Positions 59,698-64,000 of a stretch of 64,000 bases of DNA are shown piece by piece. Each line of letters begins with the position of its first letter. Position 1 is the first letter of the stretch. The stretch comes from Takakia lepidozioides. Lineage: Eukaryota; Plantae; Bryophyta. The stretch spans positions 25,358,001-25,422,000 of the forward strand of contig CM060731.1 of the NCBI GenBank assembly GCA_030704615.1, read 5' to 3'. The position numbers and the translations under genes were made by a program. The notes under the pieces were generated by a model, which saw only the letters and a list, made by a program, of their open reading frames with translations, did not search any database and was not told where the DNA came from.

Positions 59698-59962
59698 TGC
59701 AATCTGCTTTGGGCTTGTTTACCTGCCACGTCAGCGGTCAACAAGCCCTTTTCAGCCCAAAACATAAATGAGAGATCTAAGATATTTTTTGTAGGTCGCA
59801 GCTTTTTTTTTTTAAATTTTGTTTTTTTTCATCATACCCGAGACAAATCCCTTGTCATTAAAGCTTCAGGAGTGGGCCCCATCAGACTAGATCTGCAAAA
59901 ATTAGGTCGAACTGCAAATTCAAAGTGACCCGATTCAGGTCGCTTGGGAACTTAAGGGTTAA
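59698..59962. mobile_element. Partial (right-end) second copy of the TTAA-flanked MITE
   Basis: About 260 bp similar to 55899-56150, ending GCTTGGGAACTTAAGGG-TTAA. No matching left end found. Confidence 0.8.
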
Positions 59963-60787
59963 AGAAGCAAAATATCCCTTTTGTTGAGCCTTGGGCGTAG
60001 GAAGAAATCGGCATACCACCCAATTTAATATCGTAAAGACTAATGACCTACCTGACTTTTTCCTTTGTATTATTTGGTCCCTTAACCCAACAATGTCGTC
60101 CCACGGGTCATCAAATGGAGGAAAGGTCGCGGGATCGAACCTTCCCTCTATAGTTTATTATAAAGACACCATAATCTATGCTTCCTTCAAAACCCAGTTG
60201 CTCCTTTATGCACGCATTGTGCACATGACAGTCTATAAAAATTCCAAAAGTTACAATACTTTGCTACAGTGTGGTTGGTATCGCCTCCACATGCTTTATG
60301 GACTAAGGTAGCCGGGGAGGCGAGACGCGGTAGCGTCGAGGAATTCCCTGTGCTAGGACCGGCTACACCGGTCAAGCCGAGGTTTCTGGACGTAATCCTT
60401 AACCTGTAAACGCTCAAGCGACCTAAATTGGATCGCTCAAGATTTTTTGGGGCCCACAACTTTTTCAGATCTTAGCCAATTTTGGTGAAATCTGGGCCAT
60501 CTGGCTATCACCTCCCATTTACAGATCCCGTAGATCCCCTCAGGGCAGTGAGCGGGATTTTATTTTAGTACAAGGTAGTTGGCTGGAGACCTCCCGCAAT
60601 AATTTTTTATTTAATAGTTGCAAAAAAAATACAGTGGCTGGATTCATCCATGCCGAAAGATCCGAACCGTCTAAAGTTGACAGTGTCAGGCATAAGGGTG
60701 TTCATTTATTTATTTTTAAATAATTGTTTTATAAATTAATATCAGGAACGCCATAGCTGGCAGTATTTGTTTTTTATTTTTTATTTT

Positions 60788-62810
60788 TTATTCTAAAGGA
60801 ATTATCAAGTCCATGGAGATCAGGGTAACGAAACATACTTGGTCCGGAATCTGGATCGAACTAGGTTGGGTACATACCCTTCCATCGCACCTGCCTTCCC
60901 TGATGTTGTCGGACTTGTACTGAAGCTGCTTTTGGACACTGGCAAGAACATCCTGGTTGTGGAGAAACATGTGGAAGGAGAGACTAGGGTTGAACGAATT
61001 CGAGTGGTTGAGAGGCCAGATGCTGGAGATGGTGTCTTCCACGATGCTACGCTCGGTATGTGTAGAGAGTAGTGAGTGGTATTTGTAATTATCATGGTGA
61101 ACAACAAATGCCGGGATATGCTTAGGAGGGAGTGAAAGAGGACCGTTGCCAGTTACAGGTCGAGGATCCATGAGTGACAAAGGGGCACAGACCCAAAATA
61201 CATACACATCAGTGAGCAACTTGGTATGACAGGAATTCAGCCTACTAAGTAAGTCAGGGCATAGAAATTTATTCGAGACAGATGAGAAGCAAACAGTGGC
61301 TGGGGAGGTAGAGTGGGACAAATTAAGTAAGTGGGCATTAAGATGCAAGGCTCTTGTATAGTCAGCAGCATAATCCAGGAAGGCTAGCTTCCCGAGGGCA
61401 GAGAAGTGCCATTCAGGGACAACGAGAATTGTGGCAGAGAAGGTATCGCTTACGGAACCTGGGTAAGAACAATGAGCAATACCGGAATGAACGAGATCAG
61501 TCCTTGTTAAGGCTGGGAGGGGACTTTCGATTAGCCATCGGTCTGTTGAGGAGCACATACCTGGAAATACTGGAGGAGGAAGGAGAGTGGGGTACCATTG
61601 AGAGGGCTAGTTGCATGGGGTTGATGACAGTGAGTGTGAGCTCGTGCCCCCCACCAGCAGGTTGTGCGGCGGTGGCTCTGGACCACCATTCCAAGTGAAT
61701 CTGCTCCAGCCGTTGGGGTTGCTGGCGGAAGTGGTCGAGTGGAGTACCATTGGGAAGGCCAACCTTGTGATTCTTGGAAGTGCAAGCAGCATGTACGGTC
61801 CCCTGTCCATCCCTTGTAAGTCGTGTGGCATAGTCCTTGGGCTACCATCTTCCTGGTGTCGTTTGGGAGGTATCAGCAGGATCAGGCCGAAGAGGTCTTG
61901 ACGTGATCGGCGGCTGAGACTATAGCTTGAGCTCGAACGAAGTGAGATTGGGGTGTCTCAAAGAGCGAGGAGGAACCTGTTTGTGACGCTTAGAGGATAA
62001 CATGTGGCGGTCATACATGGAGGAGTTGACAGCTCTGACCATTAGAGAAAGCTGAAAGCTTGTATTCAGCGGAAGGTCACTCGGGGGCTGATAACGTTGT
62101 AGGAAGGTGAAGTGGTCAAAACACCTACTCGTTGGTGATGGATTGTGGGGGGATGCAGTAGCTTGCAGAGATAAGAACAACAGCTCGCTGCTCTCGAGGG
62201 TCAGGCTTTCGCGTTGATGTGCAGTACTTTCCCATTTGTGAGCGTGTAGGAGCCAGATGAGCAGATAGGGATACCTATTACCTCCATTCGAATTGTCTTT
62301 TATTAGCCCTACTTTCTCCCAAGGAGGGTTTGACCAACTGTCCATCCAATGGACCTCCTTGTCGCAGTTATGTCTGAAGTCTGGTGCCCTTGGACTTTTC
62401 TGTGATCAAATACCAAGGACCAACCTTGATCGACCAATTTTCCTGCCCTGCTCACAAGGGAGAACAACCTACTCACGGCAATGGGGATTCACTATTGTTG
62501 TTTTTTCCAAGACAAGGAGCAAACTCATTCTCAAGCCAGTACATTGGAGTACATCCAGTCCGCATCACCATCTTTAGTTTTAGGCATGCTGTTACTAACA
62601 ATCTGACAAAATGACAATAAAGCATGTGAGCTTCAGTTGCAAGTCCTTCCACCACCTCTTTTGTGTTCCAAATGAAGATACCCTTACCTTGTCAGACCTG
62701 TAGTCCCGCAAGTGGGAAGGATGTGAGATGAACTCCTGCCCAGGCGGTTCTATGCATATTGCTGCATAATGTCTACCCCCACAGAATGAACGGAAAGTAG
62801 AGCCCTGCAT
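60788..62810 (-). mobile_element. Possible decayed retroelement coding relic
   Basis: Degenerate zinc knuckle (R)SFCGGRHYAAIC near 62755-62795. A 256-aa intronless ORF contains ATILVVPEW. No RT seen. Confidence 0.25.
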
Positions 62811-62999
62811 TGCAGTAGGAATTAAACTATTGTGAGCACGACAACTGAAGTATTTCTTGAATCACACGGGCTACCACACCAGAGACCTCTGGCACTTCTT
62901 TCCACCTTCCAATGTCTACATTAATGACAACAGATCATTACCTCTCCACCCTCACCTTTCAAGCAACACACTTTCTTTTAAGTCGCACATTTGCTTGAT

Positions 63000-64000
63000 T
63001 CACCAGTAATCTCCACAAGAGCAAACCCCATCTTGGAAGTGGTGGAAACGACTGGCATCCCGTACAATAACTGCTCGCTCAACTATCTTTGAGATGAACT
63101 TGGTGGCTGTGTGGCAGTCACCGCACATCCGAAGATTCTTGATAACACGGATTGAAGTTCGAGGGGGTGTGCTGATGAGGCCAAAAACAATGGCCAGCTT
63201 CTCACTGTGGTAGCCAAGAGAGAATTCCTTTTGCTCCTCCTCCACATCATGCAATACAAAGCGGGTGTCAGGCACATACCCGGCCTCCCTTATCTGTCCA
63301 AACAATCTCTTGAGCTCAACATGGATTTCCCCAATTTGTGGATGCAATTGGTCTTCTACAGTGAACTCATGCACGCGGTTGTTCACCTCAATGCAACTGC
63401 ATCCTGGCTCCTTTCTGACACCTCTTTCTTCCATCATTTGTCTCACTTTGGCTTTATCTTCCCACCTACCAGCTACAGCATAGATATTGGATAGCAGTAC
63501 ATATGCTGCAGGATGCTGTGGATCCCACTTGAGAATCCATTTTGCAGCAAGTTCTGCTAGCTCCACATTGCCATAAATCCTGCAGGCACCAAGCAACGCC
63601 CGCCACACCCTAGCATCAGGTTCAACTGGCATATTGTCAATAAAGTCCTCTGCCTCATCCAGTAGCCCTGCACGTCCAAGAAGATCCACCATGCAGCCAA
63701 AATGCTCCACTGTAGGGGTGAGGCCATGAGTTCTACTCATGGAGTTAAAGTAGTGACGGCCTTCATCCACCAAGCCCATATGGCTACATGCAGAGAGAAG
63801 AGACACAAAGGTGATACTATCTGGCTTCAAGCCTTGCTGTTGCATTTGCTCATATATTTGGAAAGCCTCTTCACCATGCCCATGCTGAGCATATCCTGCG
63901 ATCATGGCATTCCATGAGACCAAATCTCGCTTCGCCATTTTGTCGAACACTCGGCGCGCATCCTGTACACTCCCACATTTTGCATACATATCAACAAGTG
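63000..64000 (-). CDS. PLS-class PPR protein with E/E+ and DYW deaminase domains (organellar C-to-U editing factor); 5' part lies outside the window
   Basis: [32 protein letters not shown] box [19 protein letters not shown] and terminal DYW. Confidence 0.96.
   Translation of the reverse strand, partial: LVDMYAKCGSVQDARRVFDKMAKRDLVSWNAMIAGYAQHGHGEEAFQIYEQMQQQGLKPDSITFVSLLSACSHMGLVDEGRHYFNSMSRTHGLTPTVEHFGCMVDLLGRAGLLDEAEDFIDNMPVEPDARVWRALLGACRIYGNVELAELAAKWILKWDPQHPAAYVLLSNIYAVAGRWEDKAKVRQMMEERGVRKEPGCSCIEVNNRVHEFTVEDQLHPQIGEIHVELKRLFGQIREAGYVPDTRFVLHDVEEEQKEFSLGYHSEKLAIVFGLISTPPRTSIRVIKNLRMCGDCHTATKFISKIVERAVIVRDASRFHHFQDGVCSCGDYW

Overview
Eukaryotic, intron-containing DNA from a land plant, most likely a non-seed plant such as a bryophyte (inferred from gene content). 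Host genes: (1) a Pol IV/V largest subunit, NRPE1-like, with a GW/WG-rich CTD and a DeCL domain (2645-15425, +); (2) a tandem copy of its three terminal DeCL exons (16931-17905); (3) an intron-containing bacterial-type isoaspartyl dipeptidase (iadA-like, apparently frameshifted), head-to-head with (4) RPS30; (5) nuclear poly(A) polymerase; (6) exosome subunit RRP4; (7) the 3' end of a DYW-type PPR gene. The 27-43 kb interval is a nest of mobile elements. It holds a decayed gag/protease retroelement with split direct repeats (A-internal-B-A-B) carrying a C5-DNA-methyltransferase motif-I remnant and a PHD finger, three hAT MITEs with 8-bp TSDs, tRNA-derived SINE copies, and a relic transposase-like gene (RAG1/Transib-like motifs) with an embedded LysM domain. 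A TTAA-flanked piggyBac-like MITE lies beside RRP4. Strongest leads: the split-repeat DNMT/PHD retroelement, the duplicated DeCL module (possible alternative Pol IV-like 3' end, or a stand-alone gene), the LysM-transposase, and the plant iadA. All calls were made by eye with no database searches, and some exon boundaries are approximate.
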